Positions 14,518-22,797 of a stretch of DNA of 29,780 nt are shown piece after piece (position 1 is the stretch's first letter; the number at the start of each line of letters is the position of its first letter). A program made the translations under genes and the position numbers. Location of the stretch: positions 1 through 29,780 of the IMG/VR virus record IMGVR_UViG_3300043410_000189; one strand, written 5' to 3'. Below the pieces are notes generated by a model. It was not told the origin of the DNA. It searched no databases and worked only from the letters and a program-made list of their open reading frames with translations. The DNA is from a virus (Duplodnaviria; Caudoviricetes).

Positions 14518-15038
14518 CCTTGAAGAAATTTAGCGTTTTTACCTACTCCGATTGAATAGAAGAATCTTTCTCTTTCGTTAGCAATAGCATCGAAAAGTTT
14601 ACGTGGGTCTATTGAGTTAGCACAAGCCAATGTTTGTCGACCAATTAACCCGTCAATGTTGCAATGTACTCCGCAATGGTTGATAGCAACTTGCAAAGAT
14701 TTTACTGCTTGACGCACTCCTGAACCCCATGCCATGCCCGTAACTATGATTGCGATGTTTGGTGAATAGAAGTCATCACCTCTAACGCCATCCCAATAGC
14801 CTCTTTTGAAAACACGAAACCAATTTTCATCCGTCATTTTGTAGAACTCAGCATCGTTATCATGTCCGTAGAACTCCACCCATACACCATAAGTGATACC
14901 TGCGTTTGTATGCCATCCTGTTTTACCTTGATATGGTGTAGGACAAGGAAAAGACGAAGCAGAATCAGACTTATCTCTACTTAATCCACCTTCCCACTTC
15001 TTGGTGAACGCTACGTATTTTTTTATGATTACATCCAT
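14472..15038 (-). CDS. Endolysin, glycoside hydrolase family 108 with PG-binding C-terminus
   Basis: WEGG, TNAGIT, DGLIGRQTL, KFLQGWINRL. Confidence 0.88.
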   Translation of the reverse strand: MDVIIKKYVAFTKKWEGGLSRDKSDSASSFPCPTPYQGKTGWHTNAGITYGVWVEFYGHDNDAEFYKMTDENWFRVFKRGYWDGVRGDDFYSPNIAIIVTGMAWGSGVRQAVKSLQVAINHCGVHCNIDGLIGRQTLACANSIDPRKLFDAIANERERFFYSIGVGKNAKFLQGWINRLNDYRSTFRP

Positions 15039-15463
15039 TATTTTAAATCCTCTAAAGTTTCTTTTGATCGTTTAGCAAACGTAATAAACTTATCCCATAC
15101 ATTCACTCCAGTAACTGAAAAATAACTCTCATTGATACTTTTGATTTCTGTGTAAACACAAAAGAAAGTAAATGCCTTTGTAAGTAGTAATTCAATCGAA
15201 ATGAAATGACCTAAAATATCAGCTATGACGAATTTTTCTAAGAAGAATATAAATACTATCGCACCACTATACAAAAGGCTCTTAGAAATCGTGTGTGAAA
15301 GTCTACGTGAACGAATTGACTTCCATCCGTTTTTCTTTACGCTTCTCCAAATACCAAAACACGTATCAAGAATAATTGAAGCTACTGCAATAAGAACTAA
15401 AGGCTTTACAGGAGTAAGAATAGTAAGTGAAGCAAATACAAAAAGAGAGAGTTTAGTTTTCAT
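15038..15463 (-). CDS. Holin (Phage_holin_4_1-like)
   Basis: Several TM segments; LDTCFGIW..K, I.SRRL, EIKSINE motifs; upstream of the endolysin. Confidence 0.8.
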   Translation of the reverse strand: MKTKLSLFVFASLTILTPVKPLVLIAVASIILDTCFGIWRSVKKNGWKSIRSRRLSHTISKSLLYSGAIVFIFFLEKFVIADILGHFISIELLLTKAFTFFCVYTEIKSINESYFSVTGVNVWDKFITFAKRSKETLEDLK

Positions 15464-15711
15464 TAGAAAGGAGAAGGAGTAGGTTTCGGTTTATACTCGA
15501 TTAGTTCAAGGTCTTTAACCCACATAGTGTCAGGATTAGTAGTGTGTTCCATTTCTTCTACTGAGATAACCCAATTATCATCTATATCTTGAATAGGATT
15601 GTAGATAGAATCAGGAGCGTAGTAAACTCCTACTAATTCGTCTTTCTGCACCTCAGTCAATAATCCGACTAAGGTTGTAAGGTCTTCTGTTGTGATATCT
15701 GTTAGTTTCAT
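15463..15711 (-). CDS. Hypothetical acidic protein next to the receptor-binding protein (possible chaperone)
   Basis: GLLTEVQKDEL.G..YNPIQD.DDNWVISVEE..WVKDL; position in the operon. Confidence 0.6.
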   Translation of the reverse strand: MKLTDITTEDLTTLVGLLTEVQKDELVGVYYAPDSIYNPIQDIDDNWVISVEEMEHTTNPDTMWVKDLELIEYKPKPTPSPF

Positions 15712-16610
15712 TACACGGCTCTATTTAAAGATTGTTGGAACGTTTGTACGCGATTATACAATGCAGATGCCTCTGAATCAAGTAAGCCATCTCCAATTGA
15801 AATAAATGCAGCTTGATTGGCTGAATAGCTGCTTACTGACGAACCTGATAAAGCAATATTTGAACTTGTTATTGCAGTAGTTGAAGTTGTAGTATTCTGA
15901 ACTAATAATGAATTATTTTTAAATACTTTTCTTAATGAATTAGATGTTTCCGTTCCTACCATAAAACCTGAAGTTGTACTTGATGCGTAAGCTGCTTCAG
16001 TTACATCGTCTCCAAATGTAACTCCTGCAGTTCCTGAAACTTTATTATTCGTTCTCAAGTTAACCCACCCTGAGGAAATATAAGTGCTTAACAATAGCAT
16101 CTCTGCTGAAAATAAACCTGATGTACTATTTGTTCTGGAATAAAACGATAAATGGAAATTACCATTAGTTAAGTTTGTATTCGCATTCAACTTCGTATCA
16201 GCATATCCATTTGTTCCATTAGGAGTAGCACCATTACTTGAGTGCGTCCAACCTCCGTTGAATACTAATCGGAAAGCAGCGTCTAAATCACGTGGATCTT
16301 TAAGGTTGTATTTGTGAGTTGTAGCAGTTCCACCAACAAAAGGATAAATCGCCTTCATTTTAGTCCAAATGTTATCAGACTTTAATCCCTTAACTAAAGT
16401 ATCAATAGCACTCTTTTGAGTAGCGTCTGTAATTCCTGCTGCCGTAATAAAAGCCTGAGCATCTGAATCAGTAGTAAGCCCTACGATGTCGGTAGAACCT
16501 GCCCAAGATTTAGCGTGTGAATCACCCCACCCGATGTTATTGTTAGCACCTTGTCCCCAACCTATTGCGTTGTTGGCTGCTCCGTCTCCCCACCCGTTAC
16601 TATTTGCCAT
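15711..16610 (-). CDS. Putative tail fibre/receptor-binding structural protein
   Basis: N-terminal GWG repeats; DAQAFITAAGIT..WTKMKAIYPFVGG domain; S/T/G-rich beta-sandwich-like C-terminus. Confidence 0.6.
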   Translation of the reverse strand: MANSNGWGDGAANNAIGWGQGANNNIGWGDSHAKSWAGSTDIVGLTTDSDAQAFITAAGITDATQKSAIDTLVKGLKSDNIWTKMKAIYPFVGGTATTHKYNLKDPRDLDAAFRLVFNGGWTHSSNGATPNGTNGYADTKLNANTNLTNGNFHLSFYSRTNSTSGLFSAEMLLLSTYISSGWVNLRTNNKVSGTAGVTFGDDVTEAAYASSTTSGFMVGTETSNSLRKVFKNNSLLVQNTTTSTTAITSSNIALSGSSVSSYSANQAAFISIGDGLLDSEASALYNRVQTFQQSLNRAV

Positions 16611-16707
16611 TTTCTTGTTTACTTAGATAAATGATTAACTTTTCAATGTTCTTTGCCTTTGGCGTGTATTTAAGTCCTTTAGGTCTTGCTTTCTTTAGAT
16701 GAACCAT
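16600..16707 (-). CDS. 35-aa basic protein (not in the ORF track)
   Basis: MVHLKKARPKGLKYTPKAKNIEKLIIYLSKQENGK bridges the gap and overlaps both neighbours. Confidence 0.55.
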   Translation of the reverse strand: MVHLKKARPKGLKYTPKAKNIEKLIIYLSKQENGK

Positions 16708-17195
16708 CCGCTATAATTGTTAGTTGTGTCAGGGTACATTTGTTCGTTTACATTTGTGTTGTATTCAGGGAATAAATCACGATGAAAACTCATGTACATA
16801 GTAAAACGCTCAGTATAATGTTGTGCGATTTGACGTTCTTTTTCGACTAAATAGTCTACTTCGTTTTTTTCTACTTTCTCGCTATTCTCAGACGAATGCT
16901 TATAGACTCCTTTATTAGCGATTGTGTATGCTGCAAATGGTAAAAACTCAACCATTGCCCAATGAATTAACATAGGCTTTACAAGGTTTTCTACAAGTGA
17001 TTCGTAGTTACCAGTGAGCGTCCCTGCGACTATATCTGATTGGATTTTCTCAAGTAGTTTAGTGCCTAAGAAATTTTGAATATGTGTGTCTTGAGCGATT
17101 TTAATGAATTGGATGAACTTATCAGTGTCTACGTTACCATTCGTTGCGGTAAAACGAACTAAATCATCTCGAGTTATAAGTAGTGCAGTTGCCAT
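16695..17195 (-). CDS. Head-tail adaptor/connector-like protein
   Basis: Immediately after the portal; helical IKIAQD.HIQNFLGTKL motif. Confidence 0.6.
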   Translation of the reverse strand: MATALLITRDDLVRFTATNGNVDTDKFIQFIKIAQDTHIQNFLGTKLLEKIQSDIVAGTLTGNYESLVENLVKPMLIHWAMVEFLPFAAYTIANKGVYKHSSENSEKVEKNEVDYLVEKERQIAQHYTERFTMYMSFHRDLFPEYNTNVNEQMYPDTTNNYSGWFI

Positions 17196-18976
17196 TATTT
17201 GCCGTAAATAGGGTTAGTAGGTAAAAAGCCATTGTAAGGCATATCAACAGGTCTTTTAGAAACTAAAGCATCATTCTTGATCTTGTAACCATATTTCTCT
17301 GCTTTGTAACCTGCAATTTGTTTTGCTTTCGGTGAATTAACGTCAATACCTACACCTTCAAAACTTGCATATACTTGTTTGTTCCAACGATGATGGCAGT
17401 TTCCTCCTCCTTTAAATTTCCAAATGTCATATGTAGCAGCACCTTTAGCACCCCATCCTTCATTTACAGGTTGGTTGCCCATTCGTAAGATATCTTCTTT
17501 ACGATAGATTTTAGCTGCGCCCATCATTTTTTGACAAAATGGTCTTGATTTAGCACTTGTTTCACCTGCATAAACATAGCGAGTGATGAATTTTACTCCA
17601 TCAATTACTTCATCTTGTTCTGATTTAGCATTTGGATTAGCACTTCCAGTGGTCACAAAGTTGTATACTTTCGATAATAAGGTGCTTTTAGGCTCTTTAG
17701 AGAGCATTTCATTCTCTAAATCATCATTATCATAGTCAACTGCAAATTCATCTATTAAAAGCCAATCAGCGTTAGGCTCTTCACCACACTCAATTAGTGC
17801 CTCTGCAATAGAATTATCTAAGTCAGAACTCAAGTTAGTTCCATCTGTACCTGTTTCCTCTTGTACTTGTTCGGTAGTCATTGCATTTTCCAAATCAACG
17901 AACTCTAAAGGCTTTAGAGTCTTGAAGAATAGGTTTAAAGAGATATTGTTAAATGCAAGAATCTTGTCAATAGCATCTAAAATCTCCTCTTGGAAAGGCT
18001 TAATCACCATGTTATTGAATAACACGAATGAATTTTGTAACTCATCAGCGTTAGAACTAAATCCATTTGTAGAAGCAACACCAAATAAAAGCGGAGATGT
18101 TACGTTATGTCCTAACATAATCTTACGCATACACTCTTCGCTCAAATAAGTATAGTGTTCAGGTGCATCATTTAATGGAATATCATCAACAGTTGTTCGT
18201 GTGTCCATATTGTCATTGAAAGCGATAATTACTTTCTGACCTTTAGAACCTGTCAACTTACCGAGAACTTTATTAGATATAATTTCTTGTTGTTCTTGTG
18301 TAGGGATTCCGTTGTTAAAGTTTACGACTTTCGTTCCTGAGAATCCGTTTTGAACTTCGTTTATTAAGTAATCGGATACCTCTTCTTCAAGTAGAGCGTA
18401 AGGCAACGCACCTTGATAGTCAGGAAAAGCATAATACTTCAATCCTACTGCGTAAGGCTTTGAGAATAGAATCTCAATCTTTTCGTTTGATGTTTCAAAC
18501 GCTGGGAATCGTTGAGGCGGAAACTTCTTAACGTCTGACCAATTATCAGAGTAGTAATAACCTTCAACTTCTCCGTCTTTATTACACTTCTCAGCACGAA
18601 TCAAATTCACAGGAATGTGATAAGCCTTTAGTATTCTATCGTGTTTGTCGTTGTAGTGTATTTGGATAGCAAACTGACCGAATAGCTTACGATCAAATAC
18701 AATCTTACGCAAGCAATCTTTTGAAATTAAGCTCATCATTTGAGCATATTCATTCGGCTTTTTGTTTGAGTCTGTTGCTGAGAGTCCTTTTCCGTAAATT
18801 AGGCGAGCAATATTATTAATGATTGCGTTATTTGTCGTTGAGTTCGTGTATCGGTCAATCAAGAACTGATAAGCATTGTTGTCAGAACCATATTCTACCC
18901 AAGCATCACGCTTTGATTCTTGAATCACAGGTGTAGTGTAGGCAGATAGGTTAAGTACGTGTACGTTATTACTCAT
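17195..18976 (-). CDS. Portal protein with C-terminal MuF-like extension
   Basis: WVEYG.DN, STTNNAII, LTGSKG, IMLGHNVTSPLLFG, VIKPFQ; C-terminal SRPFC..KGGGNCHHRW. Confidence 0.85.
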   Translation of the reverse strand: MSNNVHVLNLSAYTTPVIQESKRDAWVEYGSDNNAYQFLIDRYTNSTTNNAIINNIARLIYGKGLSATDSNKKPNEYAQMMSLISKDCLRKIVFDRKLFGQFAIQIHYNDKHDRILKAYHIPVNLIRAEKCNKDGEVEGYYYSDNWSDVKKFPPQRFPAFETSNEKIEILFSKPYAVGLKYYAFPDYQGALPYALLEEEVSDYLINEVQNGFSGTKVVNFNNGIPTQEQQEIISNKVLGKLTGSKGQKVIIAFNDNMDTRTTVDDIPLNDAPEHYTYLSEECMRKIMLGHNVTSPLLFGVASTNGFSSNADELQNSFVLFNNMVIKPFQEEILDAIDKILAFNNISLNLFFKTLKPLEFVDLENAMTTEQVQEETGTDGTNLSSDLDNSIAEALIECGEEPNADWLLIDEFAVDYDNDDLENEMLSKEPKSTLLSKVYNFVTTGSANPNAKSEQDEVIDGVKFITRYVYAGETSAKSRPFCQKMMGAAKIYRKEDILRMGNQPVNEGWGAKGAATYDIWKFKGGGNCHHRWNKQVYASFEGVGIDVNSPKAKQIAGYKAEKYGYKIKNDALVSKRPVDMPYNGFLPTNPIYGK

Positions 18977-19298
18977 ATACTATGTAAGTGTTAGAGGTTG
19001 TATTTGAAGTGTATTGACCAGCATTAACAGAAAAATTAACGATATTTTGGTCAGTACAAAAGATTCGGTCTTTATATACGATTGATGTTCCTTTTTTTAG
19101 AACTAAGTCGTAAAAATGTCCTTCAGTTAAATTAAAAGATGCAGTAATCGTGTTTACGTAATCCCCTTGAGTTGAAGAATCAATTGTTACGGTTGTTGGT
19201 GTGTTTATTTGGTCATCCGTTATAATCATTGTATCGAATCCATCACGAGGAATGAATGAGAACGTCTGTGCGGATGTAGATGTAGTTAGTACAATCAT
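18969..19298 (-). CDS. Structural/head-completion-like protein (start probably 19298, MIVLTT)
   Basis: ATG lies 3 nt after the late motif TCGTTATATA; beta-rich sequence. Confidence 0.65.
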   Translation of the reverse strand: MIVLTTSTSAQTFSFIPRDGFDTMIITDDQINTPTTVTIDSSTQGDYVNTITASFNLTEGHFYDLVLKKGTSIVYKDRIFCTDQNIVNFSVNAGQYTSNTTSNTYIVYE

Positions 19299-19301
19299 AA
19301 C

Positions 19302-19331
19302 TATATAACGAAAGACGGACAAAGGTGTTTT
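19302..19331 (-). promoter_or_regulatory. Putative ECF-type late promoter AAAACA-N15-CGTTATATA
   Basis: Same spacing to ATG as the other three copies. Confidence 0.7.
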
Positions 19332-19335
19332 AAAT

Positions 19336-19362
19336 AAAAAAGGGAGACCGAAGCCTCCCCTT
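19336..19362 (-). terminator. Intrinsic terminator after the major tail gene
   Basis: GGGAGGC-TTCG-GTCTCCC plus T6 (UUCG tetraloop). Confidence 0.9.
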
Positions 19363-19382
19363 TCACGCTATGAAGAAAAGTG

Positions 19383-19925
19383 TTATGCAGTTACGATAGT
19401 AGCACCACCAAACGCAGTAGCTAATCCTGTTTCAGTCGTTACATCAATTACATTGGCAAATATTTTTTCTGTGCCAACAAAAGTTAAATTATAACCCGAT
19501 AGGTCACCCATTGCAGTACCACTTACCGCACCTGCAGTAGTGATTTCCATTCCGTGTTCTAAACCTGCAAAGAAGAATTGGTTGTTGCGGTTCTTAACGA
19601 TAATGTGTGGTCGCCCATATGCTAACAATTTCACGTTTTTGTGAGTTGTAGCATCTTGTTTTTTAAGAGTAACGGTAAGCGTTTGCTCAGCGAAAGTAGT
19701 TCCGTTCTCACGAGATGAGTTGTACACTTGATCAAAAGAGTTAGTTCCTTTGAGTTCGTATTTATATAAGCTGGATACTCCTGAAACTGAATCAATTACG
19801 TCACCATTAGTACCATCATAAGTGATACCTGTATAATCCCCGAAGTTAACAAAATAGATAGCATCAATACCTGCTACACTATCTTTACATGGCTCAAGAC
19901 GCCCGTTTGCGATTTCACAAGACAT
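19383..19925 (-). CDS. Major tail (tube) protein
   Basis: MSCEIANGR..PCKDSVAGI, SRENGTTF.EQTL, G.AMGDLSGYNLTF; follows the capsid gene. Confidence 0.7.
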   Translation of the reverse strand: MSCEIANGRLEPCKDSVAGIDAIYFVNFGDYTGITYDGTNGDVIDSVSGVSSLYKYELKGTNSFDQVYNSSRENGTTFAEQTLTVTLKKQDATTHKNVKLLAYGRPHIIVKNRNNQFFFAGLEHGMEITTAGAVSGTAMGDLSGYNLTFVGTEKIFANVIDVTTETGLATAFGGATIVTA

Positions 19926-19947
19926 ATTTTTATATTTTAAATGTTAT

Positions 19948-19977
19948 AAAAAAGGGAGGAGCGTTAACCCCTCCCTC
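19948..19977 (-). terminator. Intrinsic terminator after the capsid gene
   Basis: GGGAGGGG..CTCCTCCC followed by a T-tract. Confidence 0.8.
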
Positions 19978-19997
19978 GTTAATTAAGTTAGCTAAGA

Positions 19998-20948
19998 TTA
20001 GTTAGCAGAGTTAGTGATTCCGTAAGTAACAACGTCAGAAGCAAAACCATATTTCGCATCAGCGGTGAAACGCATTACCACGCGGCAATTTTGAGATCCG
20101 TCAATTGGAGACATGTCTATGACAGACACCTCATTTAAATCCGAAAGTAGACCAGTCGCAAAATAAAGGTTAGATTTTTGAGCAAGCAATGCAGTGTTGG
20201 AAGCAAGACCATTAGCCATGAATACTTTAACACCATCGAAGTATAAAGCATCAATTACTTGGTTTGTACCTTTGTTGTCGTAACCATTAGCACCTACACC
20301 TGAAGCAGCGAAACCACCCAATGCACGTACATAAGCACGATAGATGTTGTTAGATACATACAATGTAAGGTCTTCTTTTCCGTAAAGAGCAGCAGGACAA
20401 GCATCAACGATTTTACCAAGCTCAGCGATTACGTTAGAAGCAGTAACAGTTGTACCAGCAACTTCTTGACCTGAAGGAAGGGCAGCATCAGTAGTCAATT
20501 GCGTCATGATACCCGCAAATTCACCTGCAGTTGCGTTAACACCTTGCCAAATTGTAGACTCCATACCAGCAGCAACTTTTTCAGCAGCATAAGCGATAAG
20601 GTAATCAGAGAAAGATTTAGGCAATGTATCGAATGCAGAGTAACCCATTTGAATAGCATCCCAATCTGAACGGAAGTCAGATTTACAAAGTTGCAAGTTA
20701 ACTTGGAAAGACTCAGGTTGAAGAACTTTCTCAGTCAATGTGATAGTTGATGTAGGATCAAAATCACAAGTTGCGTTTTTAACGATTCCGTCAGTAGCAA
20801 CACGTTTGATGACTTGCTTGTATTTTACGTTAGGCATAACGGTGATACCGCCTTTGTCTAATGTTGGTGCAGACAACAAAGCTGCTGCGATGTACTTACC
20901 AGCAAAATCTCCACTATACGAAGTGGTAATCGAGGTTGTAGTAGCCAT
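19998..20948 (-). CDS. Major capsid protein
   Basis: 316 aa after the scaffold; strong codon bias; own terminator; YSGDFAGKYIAAALLS..FQVNLQLCK. Confidence 0.85.
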   Translation of the reverse strand: MATTTSITTSYSGDFAGKYIAAALLSAPTLDKGGITVMPNVKYKQVIKRVATDGIVKNATCDFDPTSTITLTEKVLQPESFQVNLQLCKSDFRSDWDAIQMGYSAFDTLPKSFSDYLIAYAAEKVAAGMESTIWQGVNATAGEFAGIMTQLTTDAALPSGQEVAGTTVTASNVIAELGKIVDACPAALYGKEDLTLYVSNNIYRAYVRALGGFAASGVGANGYDNKGTNQVIDALYFDGVKVFMANGLASNTALLAQKSNLYFATGLLSDLNEVSVIDMSPIDGSQNCRVVMRFTADAKYGFASDVVTYGITNSAN

Positions 20949-20972
20949 AATTAATTGATTTTTAGTTAGTTA

Positions 20973-21575
20973 TTAAATATTGTTTAATTTTTCAAAGATT
21001 GAATCCATTGTTGAACGACCTGCGTTTTTACCGATTTTCATAAATTCACGTGGTGATTCATTCTCAGGATTAAATGCGATTGGTTTAGGCTCTTCGCTTA
21101 ATTCAACAGGTGCGACTTCTTCTGCAACTTCAGTTGATAATGCGAGTTGTGCTTTTAACTCTTCGTTTTCTTTTTTAAGTTCTTCTATTTCGCTAAAGAA
21201 AGACTCTTTAGTAATAGACTCAACGATTTTCTTAGCTTGTGGAGCAGTAGGCTCTTGTGCCATTTCTTCAGTAGATGCTTCAGTTGGGACTTCCATTTCA
21301 GGAGATTCAGGCATTTCTTGTTCTTCTGCTACTTCTTTAACTTCAGAGATAACGCCTTCTTCAACTACTACCAAGATACGACCATCTTCTAACTCATACT
21401 CACCAACAGGCAAAGCAATGCGTTGTTCGTCTTCAGTTAGGATAAATACAGGTTGACCTGCTTCAAAAGAATCTGCTTCAAGAGTTGATACTCCATCTGA
21501 AAGCATCATAGTTTCCAATTTCACTTCCATTCCAAGAAGTGTGCGGACTTTGTTTAAGATTGATTTTTCGTTCAT
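20973..21575 (-). CDS. Capsid scaffolding protein
   Basis: Very acidic; LPVGEYELEDGRIL.V; coiled coil; directly upstream of the capsid gene. Confidence 0.75.
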   Translation of the reverse strand: MNEKSILNKVRTLLGMEVKLETMMLSDGVSTLEADSFEAGQPVFILTEDEQRIALPVGEYELEDGRILVVVEEGVISEVKEVAEEQEMPESPEMEVPTEASTEEMAQEPTAPQAKKIVESITKESFFSEIEELKKENEELKAQLALSTEVAEEVAPVELSEEPKPIAFNPENESPREFMKIGKNAGRSTMDSIFEKLNNI

Positions 21576-21581
21576 TTGTTT

Positions 21582-21941
21582 TTATTTAAATCGTTGAGTC
21601 ATTTTAAAGATATTGTCTAACGGTCCTAAAGAATCAACTGCTTTTTTAAATTCGGGCAAAGTAGATACATTTAAACCTAAATCTTTAGCTTGTTTTTCAA
21701 ATTCGTTAAGTTCTTTTTCAAGTCCTTTACTTAAAGCATCTGCTTCAGCATTAAGTACGCGAGATTTTTTAATGAATGCTTCCATTTCTTTGGCGTATTC
21801 TTGACCTCTTTTATACAGTGCTAAAGAATCTTGAGTCATAGCTTTAACCATATCTAAAGAGGCTAAATTAACCTCGTGAGAAGCAAGCTCGGTAGCTTCT
21901 TCTTTAAAAAGTTTGTTATAGATAGATTTTTGTGTGTTCAT
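21582..21941 (-). CDS. Helical protein in the head module (possible internal virion protein)
   Basis: Own late motif; MNTQKSIYNKLF..ELASHEVNLA; AKDLGLN. Confidence 0.7.
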   Translation of the reverse strand: MNTQKSIYNKLFKEEATELASHEVNLASLDMVKAMTQDSLALYKRGQEYAKEMEAFIKKSRVLNAEADALSKGLEKELNEFEKQAKDLGLNVSTLPEFKKAVDSLGPLDNIFKMTQRFK

Positions 21942-21944
21942 GTG

Positions 21945-21975
21945 TATATAACGATTTAGATTTTATGTGTTGTAT
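21945..21975 (-). promoter_or_regulatory. Putative ECF-type late promoter ACAACA-N14-CGTTATATA
   Basis: TCGTTATATA-cac-ATG. Confidence 0.7.
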
Positions 21976-21977
21976 TT

Positions 21978-22184
21978 TTATCCGTTTTGACGTACAATAA
22001 CACGGACTCCGTTGCTTTCGGTTTTAGTAACTGTATCTGTTCCATTTCCTGTTGTACTTCCTACTCCTTGTGCTTGTAGACTACCATCACAACATTTAGT
22101 TGAGTATGTTCCGTCTTCACATAGACATCCTCTTCTTGATCCTGACTTAGGACTTGCTAAACTTGGTGTTTTAAACTTTGCCAT
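21978..22184 (-). CDS. Small Cys-rich head-module protein
   Basis: RRGCLCEDGTYSTKCCDGSLQAQGVG. Confidence 0.7.
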   Translation of the reverse strand: MAKFKTPSLASPKSGSRRGCLCEDGTYSTKCCDGSLQAQGVGSTTGNGTDTVTKTESNGVRVIVRQNG

Positions 22185-22185
22185 A

Positions 22186-22761
22186 TTATTTAAGTAATTC
22201 TTTTAGTTGATTAATAATTTCATGTTTTTCTTGTTCTTCTCGTGGTGAGTTGGGCATCTTATCAGCGAAGTAACCCTCAATAGAGAATCCTTTTACTTTA
22301 CCCTCCTTAACATCGTTCCACACCTCGTCATTATCTACCTTCATAGAAATCATCCAAGTTCCTTTTGGTAGGTTAAATCCATATAGTTTACTTTTATCGC
22401 ATTCAGAATCTTCAATTAACCAAGACTCTACAACTGACATTCCGTTTAATTCGTCTTTGTGTTCGTAAGTAGCGTTGTTTTGATTACCTTTTTTGAAGAA
22501 TAACTCCATAGCTTTTCGAACAGTATTCTCTGAAAAATAGATATGGAATTCATACTCTCCATTTCTGCGGTAGATTTTTTTGTTAGGAATCAAAGCAGCA
22601 CCCATTAAAATACGTTTCTCAGCATCAATTTCTTTGAGTTCTACTTCGTGTTTAGATAGTGCTATAAAGTTCTCCTCAATGGCTGGAGAATGAACGACAG
22701 AAACAGCGTTGATACCGCCATTCATGTCTTTCTCGTCAATAATTAGTTCTAAAATATCCAT
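22186..22761 (-). CDS. Prohead protease (XkdF-like serine peptidase)
   Basis: SVVHSPAIE, GAALIP, TYEH, VESW, PKGTW, KGFSIEG. Confidence 0.85.
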   Translation of the reverse strand: MDILELIIDEKDMNGGINAVSVVHSPAIEENFIALSKHEVELKEIDAEKRILMGAALIPNKKIYRRNGEYEFHIYFSENTVRKAMELFFKKGNQNNATYEHKDELNGMSVVESWLIEDSECDKSKLYGFNLPKGTWMISMKVDNDEVWNDVKEGKVKGFSIEGYFADKMPNSPREEQEKHEIINQLKELLK

Positions 22762-22764
22762 GTT

Positions 22765-22797
22765 TAAAAAACGATTTTGTGTTACAATGTTGCATTT
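22765..22797 (-). promoter_or_regulatory. Putative ECF-type late promoter GCAACA-N14-CGTTTTTTA
   Basis: TCGTTTTTTA-aac-ATG. Confidence 0.65.

Noticed and set aside
15711-16610. Diversity-generating retroelement targeting the receptor-binding protein
   Set aside because: No reverse transcriptase and no template/variable repeat pair was seen.
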